From the NCBI GenBank assembly GCA_045114775.1, contig JBGULC010000022.1, forward strand, positions 9,313-73,312: a stretch of 64,000 nucleotides of DNA, given 5' to 3'. Below, in pieces: positions 34,856 to 43,570 of the stretch. The notes below the pieces were generated by a model. That model had not been told where the DNA came from. It did not search any database and worked only from the letters and a program-made list of their open reading frames with translations. A program made the translations under genes and the position numbers. Positions within the stretch are counted from its first letter, which is position 1. Every line of letters starts with the position of its first letter. Source of the stretch: Christensenellales bacterium. GTDB lineage: Bacteria; Bacillota; Clostridia; Christensenellales; CAG-138.

Positions 34856-34889
34856 GCGGAGGGTGCGGAAACAGCTCCGCACCCTCCGC
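34856..34889 (+). promoter_or_regulatory. Strong intra-operon hairpin (possible attenuator or mRNA stabiliser)
   Basis: Perfect 13-bp stem GCGGAGGGTGCGG / CCGCACCCTCCGC with an 8-nt loop. Only a weak T-tract follows (TTATTC). Confidence 0.45.
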
Positions 34890-34950
34890 TTATTCAAAAC
34901 GGTCGGCCGGAACCCTTTTTCGGCTGTCCGAATCAGAAAAGGAGATCCTG

Positions 34951-36063
34951 ATGCCACAGCAATTATTGGAATACAGATGCCCGTCGTGCGGCGCGTCTCT
35001 GCAGTTTGACAGCGCCTCGCAGCAGGTCGTCTGTCCGTACTGCGATTCCTCGTTTACCCCGCAGTCGCTGATCGACTACGACAGCTTTCTCCGCGAGGAC
35101 GCCAAGAATCAGACGAGCGATTCGTGGGCGGCGAATCCCGATCGCTGGGACAAGGACGAGGCGACCGGGCTGAACGTCTACACCTGCGCGGCCTGCGGCG
35201 GCGAGGTGCTCGGCGACGATACGCTCGCAAGCGCCAGATGTCCGTTCTGCGACAACGCGGTCATCATGAAGCGGCAGTTCACCGGCGACTGGAAGCCGGA
35301 CCTCGTGCTGCCGTTCAAACTCGACAGGAAGGCGGCGCAGGATGCGTTTCGCAAGCACCTGCACGGCAAAAAGCTGCTGCCGAAGGCGTTCCGGTCCGAA
35401 TCGTGCATCGAGGAGATCAAGGGCATGTACGTCCCGTTCTGGCTGTTCTCGTCGCACGTTTCGGCCAGCATGCGCTTCAAGGGATCGAAGTCCCGCGCCT
35501 GGACGGACGGAAACTACGACTACGTGGAGACCTCGCGCTACGCGCTCTTACGCGCGGCGGACGCGACCTTTACGCGTATCCCTTCCGACGGCTCGCAGAA
35601 GATGGACGACGCGCTGATGGATTCTCTGGAGCCGTTCGACTTTTCCGAAGCGGTCAGCTTCCAGACGGCGTACCTAAGCGGCTACTTCTCCGACCGCTAC
35701 GACGTCGACGCGGACGTCAGCGTGGAGCGTGCGAAGGCGCGGTTCCAGAAAACGATGTCCTCCTGCCTCTCCTCCACGACCGGCGGATTCAGCGGCGTCG
35801 CCATGGAAAGCTCGAATCTTTCGGAGCGCGACAACGTCCGCGAGTATGCGCTGCTGCCCGTATGGCTTCTGCACGTTCGCTGGAAAGGCAAGCTCTATAC
35901 CTTCGCGATGAACGGACAGACCGGCAAGCTCGTCGGAAATCTCCCGCTCGATAAGGGCCGCTATTGGAAATTCTGGCTGCTCTACGGCGGGATCATGGCG
36001 GCGATCTTCACGGCGCTCATCGTGGTCGGACACTTCTTGGGATGCGGAGGCGGCTGCTTATGA
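34951..36063 (+). CDS. YdjG-like double zinc-ribbon protein with C-terminal TM anchor
   Basis: CPSCG..CPYC and CAACG..CPFC ribbons. C-terminal TM FWLLYGGIMAAIFTALIVVGHF. Confidence 0.7.
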   Translation: MPQQLLEYRCPSCGASLQFDSASQQVVCPYCDSSFTPQSLIDYDSFLREDAKNQTSDSWAANPDRWDKDEATGLNVYTCAACGGEVLGDDTLASARCPFCDNAVIMKRQFTGDWKPDLVLPFKLDRKAAQDAFRKHLHGKKLLPKAFRSESCIEEIKGMYVPFWLFSSHVSASMRFKGSKSRAWTDGNYDYVETSRYALLRAADATFTRIPSDGSQKMDDALMDSLEPFDFSEAVSFQTAYLSGYFSDRYDVDADVSVERAKARFQKTMSSCLSSTTGGFSGVAMESSNLSERDNVREYALLPVWLLHVRWKGKLYTFAMNGQTGKLVGNLPLDKGRYWKFWLLYGGIMAAIFTALIVVGHFLGCGGGCL

Positions 36064-37802
36064 AACGTATCTTTTCGTTATTGCTGATCGCGCTGCTCCT
36101 GCTCGTCCCCACGCTTGCGGCACATGCGGAGGACGGCCGGTATATCTATGCCGACGACGGCGTCCTGACAGCAGAAGAGCTGGAGACCGTCAACGCCCGC
36201 GCCGTCGAGATCGCAAACACCCGCGGCGTCGGCGTGTACTACTTCCTGTATGCCGACGTCAAGGATGTGCCGGGCTACACCGAGCAGTTCGCAAAGGCGC
36301 ATGTGACCGAGGAGAACGCGCTCGTGCTCGGGATCGGTTCCGAATACTATTATTTCCTGCAGATCGGCCCGATCGCCAAGGCAGCGCTGCCGGACGACGT
36401 GTGCAGCGGACAGATCTGGGAGGCATACCGCGCCGTGAAGGGCGATCCGGAGCGCAAGCTTCTGACCTACCTGAACGCGGTCGACGCGGCGCTCGGCGCG
36501 TATTATGGGGAACAGGGCGGATCGGCCGCCGAAGCGACGCCGGATTACATTGCCCTGACCGACGGCGGAAAACCGACGCTCGTCGATCGCGCAAAGCTTT
36601 TGACCGAAAGCCAGGCGGAAACGCTTTCAAAACGGCTCAAGGAGATCGGCAGCGCATATCGCTGCGACGTGGTCGTTGTGACCGTGGAAGACACCGATTA
36701 TCAGACGCTCGAACAGTACGCGGAGGATTTCTTCGAATACGGCGGCTACGGCTACGGCGCGGCGCCGGACGCATCCGGCAAAACGACCGACGGCGACGGC
36801 ATTCTGCTGCTGCTGTCGATGAAGGAGCGCGATTTCCACATCGCCACCTGCGGCTACGCGATCACCGCGTTCACCGATTACGGCATCCAGAAGTATCTGG
36901 AACCGCAGTTCCTGCCGTTCTTCAAGGTCAACGACTATAACGGCGGCTTCGGCGCCTTTGCGGACGGCTGCGAATACCTGCTGAAGACGGCGCGCGCGGG
37001 CGAACCGCTCGACGTGTATACCGTGACCGAAAAGACCGCGGGCGGCAAGCCCGTGATCGCGGACCAGGCGGGTCTTCTGACCGTCGACCAGATCAGGTCC
37101 CTTTCAAAGCAGCTCAAGGAGGTCGGCGACAAATATCAGTGCGACGTGATCCTGGTGACCGACGTTGACGCGAGCACGGACGGCGATACCTACGCGGCGC
37201 AGTATTATCGCAGCAACGGCTACGGCTACGGCGCGGACGGTTCGGGCGAGGACCGCGGCGGGATCCTGGTCTACTACTCCCCGGTCAGCGGGCAGCTTTC
37301 CGCCCACACCGAGGGCTTTGCAAGCAAGGCGTTCAAAGGCCGCGGGCTCTATAAGTTCCGGCAGGCGCTTCTAAGCGCTCTGTACAAGGACGATTTCCGC
37401 CTCGTCGGCGAAGCGTACGCCGCGGAAAGCGAACGGTATCTTAACGCGGCGCAGAACGGCCGGGCGATCAACCCGATCAACGTAATCCCGATCGTGCTGG
37501 GCGTCATCGTCAGCGGTCTTCTTGCCTTTATTCCGGTCAACTCCATGAAGAAGCAGCTCACCGACGTCGGAAAGCAGACGCGCGCGGACAGCTATATGGA
37601 GCCCGATTCGTTCCTGCTGACGCAAAACAGCGACGTGCTGCTCGGCACGAGCACTTCGCGCTCGGTCCACGTCGTCCAGACGAGCTCCGGCAGCGGCGGA
37701 GGCGGCGGACGCAGCGGCGGAGGCGGCGGTTTCCACGGCGGCAGTACGACGCACACCTCGTCCGGCGGCAGTACGTTCGGCGGACACGGCGGCAAGTTCT
37801 AA
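36060..37802 (+). CDS. Secreted/membrane TPM-domain protein (YdjH/YgcG-like), three TPM-like modules, Gly-rich tail
   Basis: ATGA overlap with the upstream gene. Signal peptide MKRIFSLLLIALLLLVPTLAAHA. Repeated modules (DxAxLLTxxQ...L...L......CDVVVVT...). TM near the end and a SGSGGGGGRSGGGGGFHGG tail. Confidence 0.7.
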   Translation: MKRIFSLLLIALLLLVPTLAAHAEDGRYIYADDGVLTAEELETVNARAVEIANTRGVGVYYFLYADVKDVPGYTEQFAKAHVTEENALVLGIGSEYYYFLQIGPIAKAALPDDVCSGQIWEAYRAVKGDPERKLLTYLNAVDAALGAYYGEQGGSAAEATPDYIALTDGGKPTLVDRAKLLTESQAETLSKRLKEIGSAYRCDVVVVTVEDTDYQTLEQYAEDFFEYGGYGYGAAPDASGKTTDGDGILLLLSMKERDFHIATCGYAITAFTDYGIQKYLEPQFLPFFKVNDYNGGFGAFADGCEYLLKTARAGEPLDVYTVTEKTAGGKPVIADQAGLLTVDQIRSLSKQLKEVGDKYQCDVILVTDVDASTDGDTYAAQYYRSNGYGYGADGSGEDRGGILVYYSPVSGQLSAHTEGFASKAFKGRGLYKFRQALLSALYKDDFRLVGEAYAAESERYLNAAQNGRAINPINVIPIVLGVIVSGLLAFIPVNSMKKQLTDVGKQTRADSYMEPDSFLLTQNSDVLLGTSTSRSVHVVQTSSGSGGGGGRSGGGGGFHGGSTTHTSSGGSTFGGHGGKF

Positions 37803-37836
37803 GCCGGAAAACCCGCATAAACACTGCAATTCCACG

Positions 37837-37875
37837 CACGGTAGAGTCCGAAAACCGGATTCTACCGTGTTTTTT
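37837..37875 (+). terminator. Intrinsic terminator
   Basis: CACGGTAGA...TCTACCGTG followed by TTTTTT. Confidence 0.7.
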
Positions 37876-37973
37876 CATACGGTAGAGCGCAAACCCGATC
37901 CAATAGATTGCCTTTTCGGGAAACGTGCCTGTATACTATGATATGAAATATGCCCCAAACAGGGAGGAACCAA

Positions 37974-38858
37974 ATGCACGATTATATCCTGAGCTGCTGC
38001 TCGCCCGTCGACCTCTCGCAGGAAAAGCTCGATTCGCTCGACGTCCGGCTGATCTGCAGCGATTATACCATGGACGGCGTTCCCTATCGGGACGACCTCG
38101 GCAAAACAATGTCCTCGAAGGAGTTCTACGACCGCATCCGCGCGGGGCAGGTCGGCGTCACGACCCTGATCAACACCGCAAGCTTCGTCGATTACTTCAC
38201 AAAGCTCTTTGAGGAGGAAAACAAGGACGTTCTGCACGTCACGCTTTCAAGCGGGCTGTCCGGCACGTTTGAAGCGGCGCTCGCCGCCGCGGATATCATG
38301 AAGGAGCGGTTCCCGGAACGCAAGCTCTGTATCGTCGATTCACGCGGCGCGTCGTCCGGCTTCGGGTTTCTCATGCAAGCGCTCGCGGACCTTCGCGACG
38401 AGGGCAAAACGATCGACGAGCTCTATGACTGGGCGCTCAATAACCGCCTCCGCATCCAGCATCTGTTCTGCTCGACGACGCTGACCTATTACATGCGCGG
38501 CGGACGCATCTCCCCCGCCGCCGGACGCATCGGAAACCTTCTCGGCATCTGTCCGGTCATGCGCATGGACCATCCGGGACATCTTGCGGTGTATTCGCGC
38601 GTCCGCACCAAGAAGCGCGCCTTAAGAGCGCTCGTCGATCAGATGGCGGAGCTCGCGGACGGCGGCGAAGCGTATTCCGGACGCTGCTTTATCAGCCACT
38701 CCGACTGCATCGACGACGCGCTGCACGTCAAGTCCATGATCGAAGAACGCTTCCCGGGCATTCGCGGCGAGATCGAGGTATACAACATCGGCGCGATCAT
38801 CGGCTGTCACGCCGGTCCCGGCACGGTCGCGGTGTTCTTCTTCGGAAAGGAACGATAA
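37974..38858 (+). CDS. DegV-family (fatty-acid binding) protein
   Basis: ATG after GGGAGGAA. DegV-like stretches (TSSPSP-equivalent CCSPVDL, LSSGLSGTFEAA, VDSRGASSGFG, TLTYYMRGGRIS). Confidence 0.75.
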   Translation: MHDYILSCCSPVDLSQEKLDSLDVRLICSDYTMDGVPYRDDLGKTMSSKEFYDRIRAGQVGVTTLINTASFVDYFTKLFEEENKDVLHVTLSSGLSGTFEAALAAADIMKERFPERKLCIVDSRGASSGFGFLMQALADLRDEGKTIDELYDWALNNRLRIQHLFCSTTLTYYMRGGRISPAAGRIGNLLGICPVMRMDHPGHLAVYSRVRTKKRALRALVDQMAELADGGEAYSGRCFISHSDCIDDALHVKSMIEERFPGIRGEIEVYNIGAIIGCHAGPGTVAVFFFGKER

Positions 38859-39024
38859 GCTTTCAGACCCCCGTCTGAAAATCACACACCCAAAGCGGAA
38901 AGCGCCGGAAGAAATCCCGGCGTTTTCCCGTTTTTGCGCGTACGCTCTGCGGCGGCTCCAAAAAAGCATTGCGTTCCCGCCCGCTTTCACGGTATAATAG
39001 AGCATCAAAACACAGGAGGCGTTT

Positions 39025-39654
39025 ATGGATCGGAACATCGAAAAGCGCAACGGACTGCTTGCGCAGAAGATCATCAAGGGGCTGCAAAGCCGCAACATGA
39101 CGGGCTATTACGCAAAGGACCGCGACGAGGCGAAATGCATTGCGCTTTCGCTGATCCCGGAGGGCAGCTCCGTTACGATGGGCGGCGCCATGAGTGCGCA
39201 CGAGATCGGGCTCGTCACGGCGCTCGTGAACGGCAATTACCGCTTCATCGACCGCACAAAGTACGAGAACCCGCGCGAAGCGATGCTCGCGGCGTACGAC
39301 GCGGACTGGTTCCTCTCGAGCGCGAACGCGATGACCGAGGACGGCGTGCTCGTGAATATCGACGGCAACGCGAACCGCGTCTCCTGCATCGCGAACGGCC
39401 CGAAGCACGTGCTGTTCATCGTCGGCATGAATAAGGTCGCGAACGACATCGACAGCGCCATGAAGCGCGCGCGCAACGTTGCCGCGCCGATCAACGCGCA
39501 GCGGTTCGGTCTCGAAACGCCCTGTTCCAAAACGGGCGCGTGCATGAACTGCAAGTCGCCGGACACGATCTGCTGCCAGTTCCTCATTACGCGGTTCTCG
39601 CGGCATAAGGACCGCATCCATGTGATCCTGGTCAACGACACGCTGGGGTTCTGA
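39025..39654 (+). CDS. LUD-domain (lactate utilisation protein C / DUF162-like) protein
   Basis: GS.VTMGGAMS, FLSSANAMTEDGVLVNIDGNANR, VLFIVGMNKV. Cys-rich C-terminus CSKTGACMNCKSPDTICC. Confidence 0.6.
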   Translation: MDRNIEKRNGLLAQKIIKGLQSRNMTGYYAKDRDEAKCIALSLIPEGSSVTMGGAMSAHEIGLVTALVNGNYRFIDRTKYENPREAMLAAYDADWFLSSANAMTEDGVLVNIDGNANRVSCIANGPKHVLFIVGMNKVANDIDSAMKRARNVAAPINAQRFGLETPCSKTGACMNCKSPDTICCQFLITRFSRHKDRIHVILVNDTLGF

Positions 39655-39699
39655 ACGCATATAAATGCAATCGCAGCTTAAAAGAGGGGATGTGTTTTT

Positions 39700-40188
39700 A
39701 TGGGTAAATCAGGTAAAAGAGTACGCGTGTTGGCTGTCGTCCTATTTGTTCTGACCATCATCAGTTCGATCGGCAGCGGCATTACGCTATGGATCGTTCT
39801 GCCGGAACACGGTTTTCTGTTCTTTTTGCTGGCCTCCGTCGGCGGCATCTTCAGCGGTTGGGTGATATACGTCATTTGGGATGCGCTCGGCGTCGCAGCG
39901 GAAAAATCGGAACTGGCGTTTGAGGAGATTTGCGAGCTTCGGAAAGAATTGTCCGCTGCTGGCGTCGTCTCTTCTTCCGAGACAACTGCGGATGCCGCCG
40001 CGCAGCCTGCCGCGGCAGCGCAGGTTTTCCGGGGCTGCGATACGGTTCCTTCCTATCCGAAGTATCCCAAATCATCGAAGACTGCGGTGAAAACGAATCC
40101 GATGGAATTGTGCCCGTGTCCGCGGTGCGGAACAAAAAACGCCGCTTCCCGCGAATTCTGCATCAAATGCGGAGAACGGCTCTCGTAA
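39700..40188 (+). CDS. Membrane protein with two N-terminal TM helices and a C-terminal zinc ribbon
   Basis: VLAVVLFVLTIISSIGSGITLWIV, FLFFLLASVGGIFSGWVIYVIW ... CPCPRCGTKNAASREFCIKCG. Confidence 0.7.
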   Translation: MGKSGKRVRVLAVVLFVLTIISSIGSGITLWIVLPEHGFLFFLLASVGGIFSGWVIYVIWDALGVAAEKSELAFEEICELRKELSAAGVVSSSETTADAAAQPAAAAQVFRGCDTVPSYPKYPKSSKTAVKTNPMELCPCPRCGTKNAASREFCIKCGERLS

Positions 40189-40197
40189 ACGGCATGG

Positions 40198-40226
40198 AAA
40201 AAAGCCCGGGATTCCCGGGCTTTTTC
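40198..40226. terminator. Bidirectional intrinsic terminator
   Basis: AAAAGCCCGGGA/TCCCGGGCTTTT palindrome flanked by an A-run and a T-run. Confidence 0.75.
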
Positions 40227-40241
40227 GTTTCGGATGCGATC

Positions 40242-40446
40242 TCAGTAGATCGTTTTGATCGGGCCTTCGATCCCGTACTGCGCGCGGAATTCGTCCAGGT
40301 CCTTCTGCGAGCGGATCAGCATGACCTCGCGGAACGTCCCCCCCTGCTCCAAAAAGCCCGTTTTCGCCGGTGCAGATGCTTGCGCGGATCGCGGGCGTCT
40401 GAAGCGCCGCGTCGTATCCGGGTCCCTTCGGTTTGCGGAATCGCAC
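40242..40446 (-). pseudogene. Small conserved-looking gene (about 68 codons) interrupted by a +1 frameshift
   Basis: GTG at 40446 after GGAGGGA gives VRFRKPKGPGYDAALQTPAIRASICTGE. Another frame continues KTGFLEQGGTFREVMLIRSQKDLDEFRAQYGIEGPIKTIY to a stop at 40242. Start-to-stop length is 205 nt (3n+1). The switch lies near the T4 run at 40361-40364. Confidence 0.45.
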
Positions 40447-40571
40447 GGTCCTGTCCCTCCTCTGTCTGTCGTTGTTTACAGTATAGCACGGATTGCCGCG
40501 TTTGAAAAGCGTTTGCATTTTTCTCCCGGATGTGGTATGCTGATTATATATAAAAACAAGGAGGCAGACCC

Positions 40572-40769
40572 ATGGCAACCGTAGAAGAACTCGTTCAGCA
40601 GTATCAGACCGACAAAGCGCTTCAGGATGAAGTCGCGGCGATCACCGCGGACGGCAAGATCACAATCTCCGAATTTATCGCATTCGCGAAGAAACACGAC
40701 GTAAAGATCTCGCTTACCGACATTCCGAAGTATATGGAGCAGGCGAAGCAGCTAGGATTCATCAAGTAA
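40572..40769 (+). CDS. Nif11-like small protein (65 aa)
   Basis: AAGGAGG SD. MATVEELVQQYQTDKALQDEV...FIAFAKKHDVKISLTDI resembles the Nif11 N-terminal domain. No GG cleavage motif and no Cys/Ser/Thr-rich core. Confidence 0.55.
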   Translation: MATVEELVQQYQTDKALQDEVAAITADGKITISEFIAFAKKHDVKISLTDIPKYMEQAKQLGFIK

Positions 40770-41279
40770 CCCGAAACGTCAAAGGAGCCGACGAAAAGCT
40801 ATCCTGATAAGAGTGGTATTCAGACCACTGCTGCAAGATAGCTGTGAAATGGCTTTTCTGCGGTAAAAGAGCCCATATTGCGGTTATTCGGAAAGAAGCT
40901 CTTCTTTCGACGGATAACCGCAATTTCATTTTATCCCGGATGTCCTGTATGAATTGCAGAACACGGCGAATCATACATGTCGGTCGTTCAATATCAGATG
41001 CCGGTCTTTGAAATAGGCTCACAGCCGTAAGACGACATCGATGTATGGTGAGCAACGGAAACGGTTTTTTGAAGGAGCATCGCAAGGGCATATAAAACGG
41101 TAAACGGCTAAGAGGAGCGCTGCCTCAACATCTGCCTCTCTGCGATATGCTCCGCTGTACAAAGAACGATGACATGACCGTCAAGAAGAAATACAACGAG
41201 CGCGGCAAGATGATCTTTTGTCATTATTGACGTCAATCATGTATTGATCTCCCGGTGATATTTAGGCGAACGATGAACA

Positions 41280-41309
41280 TTGACAAGCCGTGCAATAAAG
41301 ATGTATTAT
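41280..41309 (+). promoter_or_regulatory. Candidate promoter of the EPS locus
   Basis: TTGACA-18 nt-TATTAT, about 125 nt upstream of the ATG at 41436. 12-bp perfect palindrome ATTGACGTCAAT at 41226-41237 lies upstream. Confidence 0.45.
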
Positions 41310-41435
41310 AGTGTAGATGTACTATATTATATAAAGATTTCTTCAATAATGTGTGTGCGGAAGGAGAATCGGCATTTCGCGGTGCCCTCGCACAGAACGG
41401 ACATAATCGTTTGAAACGGAAAAAAGAGGTTCAGG

Positions 41436-42953
41436 ATGAATGAAATGACGCCGAACGGCAATCAAAATCAGGGCAGCATGTATTCGGAACAGGGTGAACT
41501 GCGCAGCGGTTCTTCGCGGTACAGCAGCGGGATCGATTGGAAGTCTCTATTCTATTATCTGCTTGGCAAGATCTACTGGGTTCTGATCGCAGCCGTTCTT
41601 TGCGCAGGGCTTGCGGGCGGTTATACGAAGCTGTTTGTAAAACCCGTATATGAAGCCACATCCAAGCTGTATATTGCGGGATCGGAGAATACGATCTCCA
41701 TGTCGGATCTGCAGCTCGGCTCCGTATTGACCGTGGATTATCAGGAGGTTTTCAAGATCGCCCGAATCCATGAAACCGTGAAAGAGAAGATGTTCTCGGA
41801 GTATGGCATGATTAAGCCGGAGTATTCGGTGTCTGTCAGTAATCCGAAGGGGTCGCATTTGCTCTATATCACGGTGAGCTCCGGCAATCCGGAAGAAGCG
41901 AAACTGATTGCGGACGCATACTCCGAAGTCGTGCAGACTTATATCGAAAAACAGATGGAGCTTCGGAAACCGCAGATCCTTGAGAACGCGCAGATCCCGT
42001 TGAAACCGGTCACGCCGAATATCGGGAGCATTGCTCTGAAAGCCGCGGGAATCGGCGCGTTGGCGGCGATCGCCGTGCTGGTCTTTCTGTTTTTGCTTGA
42101 CAACAAAATTCGGACCGGCGAGGATGTGGAAAAAGCGACCGGATTGGCAACTCTCGGTATGTTGTCCAAACAAAGCGCGAGTGCGGAGTATTATGAGACG
42201 AGGCACCGCGATGAAACGGATAAAAAAACGCATATTGCGGAGGTCAGACGGGATTTGTCACTGGATTACGCAGGGGACGAAGTGATCAACGCAATTTGTT
42301 CCAGCATCGCATTCGCAGGGAAAAAGATCAAGCGGATTGCGATCACGAGTCATGACGCAAATAACGGCAAAACGTTTTTGGCAATCCGAATCGCCCGTGG
42401 AATGACAAAGCGAGGAAAGGCGGTTCTGCTGATCGACGGTGACCTGAGAAAATCGGCCCTGGTCAATCGGTACGGCATCACGAACACCAAGGAAGGGCTT
42501 TCTCATTATTTGTCGGGACAGACCGAGCTTGACCGTGTGATCTATCAGACCAATATTCCGAATCTGTATCTGCTGCCGGTGGGCAAGCTGGTGCAGTCGC
42601 CGCTGTCTCTTCTGACGTCGGAAGAATTTGACCGGCTCATGGAGGATGCAGGAAGAGAGTTCGATGCGGTGATCGTCGATACGCCGCCTGTCGGCGCGGT
42701 GATTGACGCTGCGGAGATTGCGAAACGCTGCGACGGAAGCATCCTGGTCCTTCCGTATAATAAGATCACAAAGGACGGCCTGAAAAAGCTTGTACGGACG
42801 ATGGAACAGACGCAGACGCCCGTGATCGGCTGCATCATAAACAACGTGACCATGAGTAAGCTGGACCGGAAACGGTACGATTATGGATATGGTTACGGAT
42901 ATTACTACGGGAGCGCCGAGAAGAGAAACAGAAAAAACGGGAAACGGCGCTGA
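41436..42953 (+). CDS. Fused Wzz-type chain-length determinant / BY-tyrosine autokinase
   Basis: N-terminal Wzz region with TM. C-terminal P-loop kinase (ITSHDANNGKT, LLIDGDLRK, VIVDTPPV) and Tyr cluster YDYGYGYGYYYG. Confidence 0.85.
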   Translation: MNEMTPNGNQNQGSMYSEQGELRSGSSRYSSGIDWKSLFYYLLGKIYWVLIAAVLCAGLAGGYTKLFVKPVYEATSKLYIAGSENTISMSDLQLGSVLTVDYQEVFKIARIHETVKEKMFSEYGMIKPEYSVSVSNPKGSHLLYITVSSGNPEEAKLIADAYSEVVQTYIEKQMELRKPQILENAQIPLKPVTPNIGSIALKAAGIGALAAIAVLVFLFLLDNKIRTGEDVEKATGLATLGMLSKQSASAEYYETRHRDETDKKTHIAEVRRDLSLDYAGDEVINAICSSIAFAGKKIKRIAITSHDANNGKTFLAIRIARGMTKRGKAVLLIDGDLRKSALVNRYGITNTKEGLSHYLSGQTELDRVIYQTNIPNLYLLPVGKLVQSPLSLLTSEEFDRLMEDAGREFDAVIVDTPPVGAVIDAAEIAKRCDGSILVLPYNKITKDGLKKLVRTMEQTQTPVIGCIINNVTMSKLDRKRYDYGYGYGYYYGSAEKRNRKNGKRR

Positions 42954-42970
42954 ACCGCCGGTTCGGAGAA

Positions 42971-43570
42971 ATGTATCAGGCATTTGTAAAGCGAATTTCA
43001 GATATCGTGTTTTCGGCTTTGGGACTTCTTGTGCTGTCCCCGCTGTTTCTTTTGATCGCGATTCTCGTGCGCTGCACCTCAAAAGGGCCTGCTGTCTTCC
43101 GGCAGGAGCGGCTGGGGCGCGATGCGAAGGTTTTCCGGATCTGCAAGTTCCGCACCATGGCGGAGAATTCGGAACACACCGGATCCGGCGTTTACAGCGA
43201 TCGGAACGACAGCCGGGTCACGAAGGTCGGCAGGTTCCTGCGGGCGACCTCGCTCGATGAGCTTCCGCAGCTATGGAACATCCTGCGCGGCGATATGAGC
43301 TTTATCGGGCCGCGTCCGCCGCTGACGTATCATCCGTGGCCGATCGACCGATATTCGAAGGAGCAGCTTCGCATGTTTCGGGTGCGTCCGGGGATCACCG
43401 GGTGGGCGCAGGTACACGGCAGACGGGAACTCGAATGGAATGAACGGCTGCGCCTGAACGTATGGTACGCGGATCACGTTTCGTTTGCACTGGATCTGAA
43501 GATCGTTTTTCTGACCGTCGGCGTCATGCTTACCGGAAAGGGCAATGAAAACAAAGGCGCGACGGTTTGA
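42971..43570 (+). CDS. Initiating phosphoglycosyl transferase (small bacterial sugar transferase, EpsL/PglC-like)
   Basis: [64 protein letters not shown]. Confidence 0.9.
   Translation: MYQAFVKRISDIVFSALGLLVLSPLFLLIAILVRCTSKGPAVFRQERLGRDAKVFRICKFRTMAENSEHTGSGVYSDRNDSRVTKVGRFLRATSLDELPQLWNILRGDMSFIGPRPPLTYHPWPIDRYSKEQLRMFRVRPGITGWAQVHGRRELEWNERLRLNVWYADHVSFALDLKIVFLTVGVMLTGKGNENKGATV

Noticed and set aside
40762-41091. 109-aa minus-strand ORF in the AT-rich spacer
   Set aside because: No SD and no recognisable motif. Possibly a fragment of a lost gene, but not supportable as a CDS.
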